NCBI GenBank assembly: GCA_002633005.1
Contig: NMRA01000188.1
Span: 544,464-595,203 of the forward strand
Length of the DNA stretch: 50,740 nucleotides
Direction: 5' to 3'
Source: Phoronis australis
Taxonomy: Eukaryota > Animalia > Phoronida
Numbering within the stretch: the stretch's first letter is position 1; each line of letters starts with the position of its first letter. The notes beneath the pieces are model-generated. The model was not told where the DNA came from. It worked only from the letters and a program-made list of their open reading frames with translations, and searched no databases. Positions 13,873 to 24,971 of this stretch are shown here, piece after piece. The position numbers and the translations under genes were made by a program.

Positions 13873-14151
13873 CTGAAACATCAAGATTAAACGTATACTT
13901 ACACTGGGGATCTTATGACGATATAAGATTTGAGACTAAATGTTTCTATCTTTATCAAATCGTCTAATGCTATGACACGCGAAAATTTCAGTTATCAGAG
14001 TAAAAGAATTAAACAAGTGTTATTAACGAACGAATTTGTCTGCGATTAATTGTTCGGTAGAAGCGCCATAAATCATTGCAAAAATATGTTCGAGAACGAT
14101 GAACGACACACAATTTGTCAAGTGGTATTGGAGTACAAGAAGCAAGACGTA

Positions 14152-14983
14152 ATAATAATAATAATAATAATAAACTTTATTTAAAGAGGATGAAAATACA
14201 ATAAATGTAAAACATGCTTTAGCCAAAGGCTAATATCCAGCATGGTCCTCTGCAGCAAGAAATTAAATTAATTAAATTAAGTAACAGATTAAACAGATTA
14301 AATTAAGATACAATAAGATACATTAAATAAAATAAAATAGTATTTACAAATTGGATAAAACAAATTGAATTAAAGATAAATAAAAAATTAATTTTTTTGG
14401 TAAATATATTGGAAAGACAAGAAGGAGGGACATCTATGACGACCACAGGTAACTGATGAGGTGGTGTCTGAAATTATCATAACAATCAGCATCCTTAAGA
14501 TTATAAGGCAAATTGTTCCACTGTTTGATGGTCTGAATAAAGAAGGACTTAGAATAAAACGATGTTCTGTGTCTGGGCAAAACCAAATTGTTTAAGGCAG
14601 AAAATCTTGTCCTGATCTGGTGGCTATTTCGAACAAGTACGAGATTATGAGATAGATAAGTCGGTACATTACTGTGAAAGCACCTATGCATCATACACAG
14701 ACACCTATATATAAAATATTTGTTAATAGGGAGCCAGCCCGGTCTATTAAACATACATGTATGAGTTGACGGAGTGTCAAAAGGCACACCTAGAACAAGT
14801 CTGGCAGCCTGCTTTTGAGCCTTCAATAAAGAGGAAACTAATTTTGCATTGCATCCTGACCACACTGTGCTACCATTAACGAACAGAGGGAATACACATG
14901 CGCTGAAATATTGCAGACGCCCTTCTGTGGGAAGAAATGGTGATATACGCCGGAGAAGACCAAGAGGCTGCCTAATTTTGGAC
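14152..14983 (-). mobile_element. 5'-truncated non-LTR retrotransposon (CR1/L2-type LINE, ORF2 C-terminal fragment)
   Basis: 183-aa ORF resembles the post-RT region of CR1/L2-group ORF2 (LGLLRRI...Y...V...S.VW...QKQAAR...WLP...SF....IKQWNNLP). 3' end is aataaagt followed by (tta)n. ACGTA is duplicated at 14147-14151 and 14984-14988, and the empty site gcaagACGTAttagc is present in unit 1 at about 6191-6205. Confidence 0.88.
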
Positions 14984-17599
14984 ACGTATTAGCCTTGTTA
15001 CGGTTCCTTCTGCGCATGGACAGCTTTACGAATCATGGAATACACTGCACATACACTGAGCAACGTGTTGATGAAAATCTAACAACGTGATCTCATTTAA
15101 AATACACGGCAATATCTCGCGAAATTTAGCAAAGTCTTGGCTTTTAGCGAGGCCCTTGACTTACTGAAAACTACACGCGGAAACGTTCACCAATGTAAGA
15201 CATTTGCGAGTCAAAGCTAGTGTGATAGCATGAAGTGCTTAGATTGTGATGCATGTCGTTATTTTGCTCATCTCGCAAGAAACTTGTCCTACGGAAGGCA
15301 TCCCTGTGCTTCCAAATATAAAAGCAACCAAAGACAACAAGTAGGCTTCACATTTCCAGATCTATCTAAATTAGAAAAGAAGTGTAGAGTTCTTTATTCA
15401 AAAAAGCGAAAAGTCCGCAACAAACTACGAATTTTCATGAGTAGAAGTTCACGGAAGATAACTTGCCATCTTCAATCGGTACAAGTAATTTTGTTACAGT
15501 TCATGAAACATTTCTAGTTCAAATTAGAAATAACTAAACAGATATTTAATGTGTTTTATATTTGGAGGGTTTTGATCCATTTGCAGTCTATGAATTCACT
15601 TGCACACAGGTAGATTTGGGAGAAGGGGATTTTTGAGTTTTTTCATTGAAATCCTGAAAGTTCACGTTTTGGTAGCACATTATGCAAAACTTAAGTAATC
15701 TAGAACAGTCCATAAAAGTGTTAAGGAAAATAATGAGTGCATCAATGTATTTCAGAATTTCGTTTAAATACAATCAGCCAAATCTAATATATGCTTTTCA
15801 GAAATAATCCAAAATATGACATTTTCAAGCTCAGTTATTTCATCCAAACAATCGTTATACATTTTTATTCATTGCCTTACCATCAAAATATCAAAATAAC
15901 AACGAAACGAGTTGAAGGTTCGATGCCTTTGACCTTACAATAAAAGCTTTGTGCTTCGTCTGCAGAGGTGCGTTCCGTACAGGCATGAATCCCATGAAAA
16001 ATAAAGATCGCGCGAGTGCATACATTACAAGCACGAGATCCCACTAGCTTAGTTTGCGCCGGAGTGTCTTGCCAAAACGGAACACACCCCAGGTCTACTA
16101 CTGTCACATGACTTGCAATGAGGAAAGAAGGGAAACGGGAAACCACGGAAGATCCTTGCCGTTTTCTTTGAGCGTGGCTAAGATCATACAGCTACAAGCA
16201 AAATGAGTAACTGAATGTCAATTCTAAATGTTTCAATCTGGTAGGGGACAGGAAAATTTTAGACAGAATGAAATGTTTAAGTATGGACTAATGACGTATA
16301 CAAACGGCATTAATTTTCCAGTAGAGCCACGCCACAATTTTCTTTTTCAGGCTTTCATTGGCCCGCATGCTGGATCATCTTCCCGTCTGCGTAGGTATAC
16401 TACTTTAGAGGATTTTGCACAGCGACAAAACCATCGTGCGAAGTTGCAAACATGTACAGTAATACGAGTACGATTATGATGAAGTATGCATCATCGCTCA
16501 ATACTCTAAAATGTAAAAGAACACCCCCAATACATTTCATAGAATTTGAGCCAGTTTTAGTACGTAACTTTTTTATTTTCATACTACAAAACGTCACCAA
16601 TAATGGCAGCTAATTCAGGCCACAAATGCAAGAGCCAAAAAGAAATTTCCATGTGATTAAAGAATGGTCCAGGGAAGCACAGCATCTTCATTTGTAGTGC
16701 AAGGACAACACGAATCTCATAGTCACAATGTAGACCCAAGTGAATCACAATATATTTGCGAGTTCAACGTTTTCACCTGGTGACATCATTAGCGCGAATG
16801 AAGTAAAACCTGGACAGAATAAAGTCATTGGTCCATTTTAATATTTTTTATTAACAATAACCTCAACAACGTGCCACATATCCTACAATACATTACTGTT
16901 CACTGTGACCAACTGCGAATATGCTGCACCGAAACAAAATCCTTAAGTCGAGCGATAAGTAAACTTTCATCTTAAGCCCCGTCAAACCGAATTCGTTCTC
17001 AGTCTAAGAACATCCCGTTTCAATATCTCGAGGAAATGGTCAGGGGCGGGACAAAATGAACAAGTCTGCATTGGGAACAATCACGTACGCCTCTGTGGTT
17101 TCTACTAGAGTTTCCTCAAGTTGTCAAGATCCTACTGTGAACTGCGTTCGTGTGACCGCGCCAGAAGAAAGATGTTAATCAGAATACTGACGCTACACTA
17201 ACTATAACAATAATGATAATTATAAAAATAACAATGACGTGACGAGAACAGGGTTGCACGTTCCTGCAGGTAGACTTCACAATTACAAATACCGCTGTTA
17301 CCAGTTCGTGCCACGACGGATTGAAATTCTTTTCAACAGTAGCTTACGCCTTACAAACATGTATTGATGAAAGTTTGTCCGACGTGGCTAACACATAACA
17401 GTTTAGCTTATTTTAGAGTGATAAAAACACAAACCTTCGATTTGTATTTAAACCAATCATCGCCATAAAAGTGGCGTCAACCTGTTTCTTATAAAGACTA
17501 GAAAAGGGTTAGCTTATTACGGTGGGTTATTTTGAGCGCCAAGTATGTTCTCATCAAATAATGAACAGTGCCGTTTCTCTCCAGGTCGCGAAACCACAN

Positions 17600-18254
17600 A
17601 AATAAAATAGTATTTACAAATTGGATAAAACAAATTGAATTAAAGATAAATAAAATAATAAAATTTTTTGGTAAATATATTGGAAAGACAAGAAGGAGGG
17701 ATATCTATGACGACCACAGGTAACTGATGAGGTGGTGTCTGAAATTATCATAACAATCAGCATCCTTAAGATTATAAGGCAAATTGTTCCACTGTTTGAT
17801 GGTCTGAATAAAGAAGGACTTAGAATAAAACGATGTTCTGTGTCTGGGCAAAACCAAATTATTTGAGGCAGAAAATCTTGTCCTGATCTGGTGGCTATTT
17901 CGAACAAGTACGAGATTATGAGATAGATAAGTCGGTACATTACCGTGAAAGCACCTATGCATCATACACAGACGCCTATATATAAAATATTTGTTAATAG
18001 GGAGCCAACCCGGTCTATTAAACATACATGTATGAGTTGACGGAGTGTCAAAAGGCACACCTAGAACAAGTCTGGCCGCCTGCTTTTGAGCCTTCAATAA
18101 AGAGGAAACTAATTTTGCATTGCATCCTGACCACACTGTACTACAATTAACGAACAGAGGGAATACACATGCGCTGAAATATTGCAGACACCCTTCTGTG
18201 GGAAGAAATGGTGATATACGCCGGAGAAGACCAAGAGGCTGCCTAATTTTGGAC
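17600..18254 (-). mobile_element. Second copy of the same LINE fragment (3' tail lost in the gap)
   Basis: 183-aa ORF nearly identical to 14434-14985, with the same 5' truncation junction. Copied with the segment, not independently inserted. Confidence 0.88.
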
Positions 18255-21132
18255 ACGTATTAGCCTTGTTACGGTTCCTTCTGCGCATGGACAGCTTTAC
18301 GAATCATGGAATACATACACTGAGCAAAAAATAGTGTTCGTGCTTTCCACAGTTCGTTTTTCTGTGCATGCTTAAGAGGAACTGTAACACCATGGCAGAG
18401 TCTCGCGTTGATGAAAATCTAACAACGTGATCTCATTTAAAATACACGGCAATATCTCGCGAAATTTAGCGAAGTCTTGGCTTTTAGCGAGGCCCTTGAC
18501 TTACTGAAAACTACGCTCGGAAACGTTCACCAATGTAAGACATTTGCGAGTCAAAGCTAGTGTGATAGCATGAAGTGCTTAGATTGTGATGCATGTCGAT
18601 ATTTTGCTCATCTCGCAAGAAACTTGTCCTACGGAAGGCATCCCTGTGCTTCCAAATATAAAAGCAACCAAAGATAACAAGTAGGCTTCACATTTCCAGA
18701 TCTATCTAAATTAGAAAAGAAGTGTAGAGTTCTTTATTCAAAAAAGCGAAAAGTCCGCAACAAACTACGAATTTTCATGAGTAGAAGTTCACGGAAGATA
18801 ATTTGACATCTTCAATCGGTACAAGTAATTTTGTTACAGTTCATGAAACATTTGTAGTTCAAATTAGAAATAACTAAACAGATGTGTAATGTGTTTTATA
18901 TTTGGAGGGTTTTGATCCATTTGCGTCTATGAATTCATTTGCACACGGGTAGATTTGGGAGAAGGGGATTTTTGAGTTTTTTTCATTGAAATCCTGAAAG
19001 TTCACGATTTGGTAGCACATTATGCAAAACTTAAGTAATCTAGAACAGTTCCTAAAAGCGTTAAGGAAAATAATGAGTGCATCAATGTATTTCAGAATTT
19101 CGTTTAAATACAATCAGCCAATTCTAATAATATGCCTTTCCGAAATAATCCAAAATATGACATTTTCAAGCTCAGTTATTTCATTCAAACAATCGTTATA
19201 CATTTTTATTCATTGCCTTACCACCAAAATATCAAAATAACAACGAAACGAGTTGAAGGTTCGATGCCTTTGACCTTACAATAAATGCTTTGTGCTTCGT
19301 CTGCAGGGGTGCGTTCCGTACAGGCATGAAACCCATGAAAAATAAAAATCGCGCGAGTGCATACTACAAGCACGAGATCCCACTAGCTTAGTTTGCGCCG
19401 GAGTGTCTTGCCAAAACGGAACACATCCCAGGTCTACTACTGTCACATGACTTGCAATGAGGAAACCACGGAAGACCCTTGCCGTTTTGTTTGAATGTGG
19501 CTAAGATCATACAGCTACAAGCAAAATGAGTAACTGAATGTCAATTCTAAATGTTTCAATCTGGTACGGACAGGAAAATTTTAGACAGAATGAAATGTTT
19601 AAGTATGGACTTATGACGTATACAAACGGCATTAATTTTCCAGTAGAGCCACGCCACAATTTTCTTTTTCAGGCTTGCATTGGCCCGCGTGCTGGATCAT
19701 CTTCCCGTCTGAGTAGGTTTACGACTTTGGAGGATTTTGCACAGCGACAAAACCATCGTGCGAAGTTGCAAACATGTACAGTAATACGAGTACGATTATG
19801 ATCAAGTATGCATCATCGCTCAATACTCTAAAATGTAAAAGAACACCACCAATACATTTCATAGAATTTGAGCCAGTTTTAGTACGTAACTTTTTACTTT
19901 CATATTACAAAACGTCACCAATAATGGCAGCTAATTCAGGCCACAAATGCAAGAGCCAAAAAGAAATTTCCATGTGATTAAAGAATGGTCCAGGGAAGCA
20001 CAGCATCTTCATTTGTAGTGCAAGGACAACACGAATCTCATAGTCACTATATAGACCCAAGTGAATCGCAATATATTTGCGAGTTCAATGTTTTCACATG
20101 GTGACATCATTAGCGCGAATGAAGTAAAACCTGGACAGAATAAAGTCATTAGTCTATTTTAATATTTTTTATTAACAATAACCTCAACAACGTGCCACAT
20201 ATCCTACAATACATTACTGTTCACTGTGACCAACTGCGAATATGCTGCACCGAAACAAAATCCTTAAGTCGAGCGATAAGTAAACTTTCATCTTAAGCCC
20301 CGTCAAACCGAATTCGTTCTCAGTCTAAGAACATCCCGTTTCAATATCTCGAGGAAATGGTCAGGGGCGGGACAAAATGAACAAGTCTGCATTGGGAACA
20401 ATCACGTACGCCTCCGTGGTTTCTACTAGAGTTTCCTCAATTTGTCAAGATCCTACTGTGAACTGCGTTCGTGTGACCGCGCCAGAAGAAAGATGTTCAT
20501 CAGAATACTGACGCTACACTAACTATAACAATAATGATAATTATAAAAATAACAATGACGTGACGAGAACAGGGTTGCACGTTCCTGCAGGTAGACTTCA
20601 CAATTACAAATACCGCTGTTACCAGTTCGTGCCACGACGGATTGAAATTCTTTTCAACAGTAGCTTACGCCTTACAAACATGTATTGATGAAAGTTTGTC
20701 CGACGTGGCTAACACATAACAGTTTAGCTTATTTTAGAGTGATAAAAACACAAACCTTCGATTTGTATTTAAACCTATCATCGCCATAAAAGTGGCGTCA
20801 ACCTGTTTCTTATAAAGACTAGAAAAGGGTTAGCTTATTACGGTGGGTTATTTTGAGCGCCAAGTATGTTCTCATCAAATAATGAACAGTGCCGTTTCTC
20901 TCCAGGTCGCGAAACCACATCTGACCTAAATAAAAAACAAGTTGAGACCAGCATTGCAAAGCTAAGTTGTCTAAATCAACACTTAGTTGATGTAAGGCGG
21001 GTTTATAAGCCCCGCTGTAGGTTTTCGACCTCCCTACCACCAGTAGTTAACAAAAATGAGACATTACCATTGAACGTTTTCTTCTACAATGTCACTGAAC
21101 CCTTTTTCACATATTAACGACTACACCAAGTA
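17600..21132. repeat. Partial third copy of the duplication unit (no exon visible)
   Basis: Begins right after N 17599 with sequence equal to 14330 onward. Near-identical to 14330-17598, then continues like 9124-9337. Confidence 0.9.
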
Positions 21133-22681
21133 CGCCTAGTAGAACATATAAATTGTGGAAAAGAAATCTGTTGAGCTCTCGTCAACCCTTACAATAAAGT
21201 TTGAAACAAGTCTGGTACTCCTTGCGAAGTTTACAAAGTGGGTAAATATGACTTGAGCTTTGGGCAAGGAATGCCCGGATGGCAGAAAGATTGCCCACTT
21301 CCAACTCATATTCCACAATGCGACGCGACAACGAAGTGTTTTAGCTGACTAGTGCTTTAATTTTCAGAAGAACTAATAATTGCGTGATGGCAATTTTGCA
21401 TGAAATGACCAAAACAGGGTTTAGTATACTTTCATAACCCAAAGTCTTAAAGGTATACTAAACCCTACTTTGTTTGTTTTCGTTGAAACTGTAACCACTA
21501 ACTGGAAGCTCGCCAACACTGCGGTAACTTCAGCATGGGACAGAACAATGACTCTATCACCGGAAGACTGTATTTTCGATAACGGGGTCTATCATGCAGT
21601 GCACTTTTCTTGCTCCGCGCAAGTGGAGGGCAGAATTCGGGGTGTCACTATTGAGCTACTACCCAGATTATCAAAACTGCAACAGCTAACACGAATATCT
21701 ATCAAGATGCTTCATTCTCGAAACAATGACTGAATTATGATGTTTTGAAACTAAAGCAAATGTATACACAAACATTTACTCGCTGATAAAAACGCCTATT
21801 TTTATCATTAAACATTGTCTGTTGACGTATGGACAATCTAAAACAGCAGTTTCAAAGCGTTCACATAGGCAATATCCGAAAAACAAATAAATGAACGCAA
21901 GATATGTTAAAACTATGCGCAATGCAATATTCACAAATTCATGTTCTGTAAAATGAATCACCTCACAGTCCATTTTGTGCATCAACGCACCTACAATCCA
22001 TAAACATGTATCTACTTGACAAGAGTAACTACTCATATGAAACCCAGAATAAAAGAACGTTCCGAAACAGATCTACATAAACAAAAACTACAAAATTCGC
22101 CGGAATACATCACAAAAACGTATTATTGAGGATACAAAACCCGGTTTTGGACAGTTAACAGATATTAACAATGCCTTTACCATCCAGCTCTCTAAAGCAA
22201 AACAACGCTCTGCAATCCTCGTCAACCCTCAAAGTTTCAGAAACAAACTGAAAACACCTTGCAGAGTCTGCTAAACCGGAAAGCTAGACCTCCGCTTTTG
22301 GCGACAGATGTAAGGAAAAATTATCGACCATTAATAACAACTCATTCAGTGAGACAGTAAGCGTTTTCGGGAGAATCTGGTTTTCATCAACCAAGTTACA
22401 CGCTGATGGTTCATTAGCAGGATACAGAACGAGTACTGTTTGAAACCATCAAACCATGGTTTAGTATCCTTTTGACTAGACACTAACAAAACGCGAAAAA
22501 TTTACAAACCCATATAATAATAATCTGCAGCAATATTTCATTCTCTAAACAATGCATAGCTAACCACTCATTAGCAGTTGAACATGTAAATTCCTACCCT
22601 CTGACAAGATACAGTACTGCTACCAAACAAACGTATTATAGAAAATGCTAATCATGCCCCTTTACTAAGGGCGTGTCAGAT

Positions 22682-22687
22682 TTTATT
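22682..22687 (-). promoter_or_regulatory. Candidate polyadenylation signal AATAAA for exon B
   Basis: tttatt on the plus strand about 53 nt past the exon B stop. The hexamer is common in AT-rich DNA. Confidence 0.4.
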
Positions 22688-22700
22688 GTGGAATAGAGAC

Positions 22701-22754
22701 GAGTACAGCACCTCACGTGCACTCCAAGAGTACAGCACCTCACGTGCACTCCCA
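22701..22754. repeat. 27-bp tandem duplication spanning the exon B stop codon
   Basis: gagtacagcacctcacgtgcactcc[a/c]a occurs twice. Confidence 0.95.
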
Positions 22755-24891
22755 GCAGACTTGAGGATCACACTTAATGCAAGACTCTTTGCTTGCAGAG
22801 TACATTTTAAGAACGCGTCCCGAGCCGCCATTGTTGCAGTCCCAGACAATGGCTCCACTACTGAGACCGCAAATGAGACTATACGAGCAATTGTACGGAT
22901 GTGGCTCAGTGTGGACATGGGACTGATTTGCGCATTGTAGAGGTTGGTTACCTTCTAGAGAAGAAGTGGAGGCAACGGCTGTAATGGCCAACTCAGTGGT
23001 TTGGGCGGTGACCTCTTGTGAAAACGAGTCTGGCTGCAAAGTACTCTGAACATTTTCACTCGCAAAAGTACTTGAAGCGACAGGGGCTTCAGTCAATACC
23101 AAATTGGGCGACGTCCAGGTTGGCACGATAGTTGAATCTATCGACAATGTCGGACGTATCACCGCATCACTAACTTCTGAGGGACGCCTCGATTCAGAAT
23201 TTGAGCGCGCGTTTTCACTCGAACATTTCCGGCAGGAAGAGGTGCACGACACACATTTGCTCGAAACAGGGTCGAACATTAGATGGACAGCACAAATGGC
23301 AACAAACCGCCTCCATCTGTTATTTACGCATCTGAAGTAGAAAAATTTGGTACAGTCACCTTTATGTTCCTCATTTTTAACACTACCGAGGAAGCAAAAA
23401 TCAGAAGGTGTTGTTAACGTGTTTGCTACAGTACCGTGGACAGTGTTTGTAGGAAGAGGCGTACTACTGACAGTAACCCACGGTGGCGAGGTCGAACTAA
23501 CAGATGTCGATTGACTTGCAAGTGGAAGAGTGAGCTCTGGGGAAGTAGATTTGATATGATTGGTCGAAGTTTGAACAGCGGCAGTACTCGGGACCAGTGT
23601 ACTGGTAAAAAGTGGAGTTGTGGACTTTCGATAGGTGGACATCTTATAGTTGGACATTGCAGTGGTTTCGATAGTCGGCGACACAGTCGACTTCGACACT
23701 GGAGTAGAGATAATTTCACTAGTAAATCTTCGGTTGGTTGAAAGTGTTATTGGCAAGCTAGACTTTGTTTTTGTAGTTGATGTAGAAAATATTGCACTTG
23801 TAAATGTTTGCCTGCTTGAAAGTGTTATCGGGAGGTTGGTGGTTGATGACGTTGTCTGGGCACGTGATATCACAGTGGTGGATTTTTCCGGCGTCCCTGT
23901 GGATACTTCCAGGGTCGTCAAGAAATGTGTGGGAGTGGCTTTAGAAAATTCTTTTGTGGGTGTTACACCAGGTGGAGCTGATGTATGCAGGTGTAAATCA
24001 GTGCTTCGGACATTTGATGGTGTTATAGTTGTAAATATAGCAGTTGTTACAACAGGAGATGTAAATGGTTTGTCAGACGTTGTGCTGAGGGTTGTTGTAA
24101 CTGTATTACTAGAAGTCGTGCTGGGTGGAGTTGGATTTGTGAATACTCCGGTTGGTGTCCGTGTCAGCTCGTATGGCTGAGTTGTGTGTTCAGTCGTCAC
24201 TAGTTCCGTAGTGGCAGGACTCTGATAAGACGTTGAAAACGCTTGATATGTGTGTTCGGTTGTCTGCTGTGGTAATGAAGAAACAGGTCTTGTAATAGAC
24301 GATCTTGTGGACGTTAAGCGAGAAATTAACGAACTAAGAGGGGCGTTTTCTGTTTTCGATGTAGGTGTTTGTGTTAAAGGTGGGTTCCTAGATGACGGTG
24401 ACTGATCAGTAATACTACGCCAAGTTGGAGGCGATGCAGATGACGGTGACTGATCAGTAATACTACGCGAAGTTGGAGGCGATGCAGATGACGTTGACTG
24501 ATCAGTAATACTACGCGAAGTTGGAGGCGATGCAGATGACGGTGACTGATCAGTAATACTACGCGAAGTTGGAGGCGATGCAGATGACGGTGACTGATCA
24601 GTAATACTACGCCAAGTTGGAGGCGATACAGATAATAATGGCACAGAGGAGGAAATCACGGAAAATGGACTCGTTGCTGTCTCAACCGTCGTCGACGATG
24701 GAGCAGTCTTCGTTAAAAGGACAGATCTTTGTTTCGGTTCTAATATCAAACTGCTTTCGTCAGCGAAGAGATTGTCTTTTGCCAGTTCTTGACGTATTCC
24801 GAGTCGGAACACTTGAATTACAGCACCCTGCTGTGCACTGTCTTTTAAGATGTTGAACTTCAACTCGAAGACCACAATGACGCTTCCATTA
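22740..24891 (-). CDS. Alternative terminal exon B: SEA C-half (NGSVIVVFELKF), long mucin stalk with tandem repeat, 2 CBM14-like domains; predicted isoform about 1075 aa
   Basis: 722-aa ORF. Acceptor tttttgttgtttag|T AAT GGA AGC GTC, phase 2. Very T/S/P-rich, with two Cys clusters. Confidence 0.88.
24390..24627. repeat. Coding minisatellite, 5 x 48 bp (SPPT[S/W]RSITDQSPSSA)
   Basis: Unit agatgacggtgactgatcagtaatactacgc[c/g]aagttggaggcgatgc, near-perfect copies. Confidence 0.95.
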
Positions 24892-24942
24892 CTAAACAAC
24901 AAAAACAACTATATATCGGCAACTTGTCTACAATTCAATGAC

Positions 24943-24971
24943 CGGGTGTTGTCAGTAAGCCGACGGTGGCA
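24943..24971 (-). promoter_or_regulatory. Putative selector sequence for exon B
   Basis: Plus strand cgggtgttgtcagtaagccgacggtggca, starting about 51 nt from the acceptor AG. Conserved with the exon A element although the surrounding intron is not alignable by eye. Confidence 0.68.

Larger units (their letters stand above)
10493..17598. repeat. Tandem segmental duplication unit 2 (contains exon C), truncated at N 17599
   Basis: Colinear with unit 1; carries an extra LINE insertion and lacks the 6915-7149 insertion. Also contains a single N at 11075 in a poly-C tract. Confidence 0.92.

Noticed and set aside
14434-14985. 183-aa ORF as a host gene or extra cassette
   Set aside because: It is a LINE ORF2 fragment with tail, target-site duplication and an empty paralogous site.
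23104-24856. Plus-strand ORFs antisense to exon B (also 5661-5945, 13615-13890, 31060-32297, 40370-40926)
   Set aside because: Val-rich shadows of Thr/Ser-rich codons on the coding strand, with no independent gene features.
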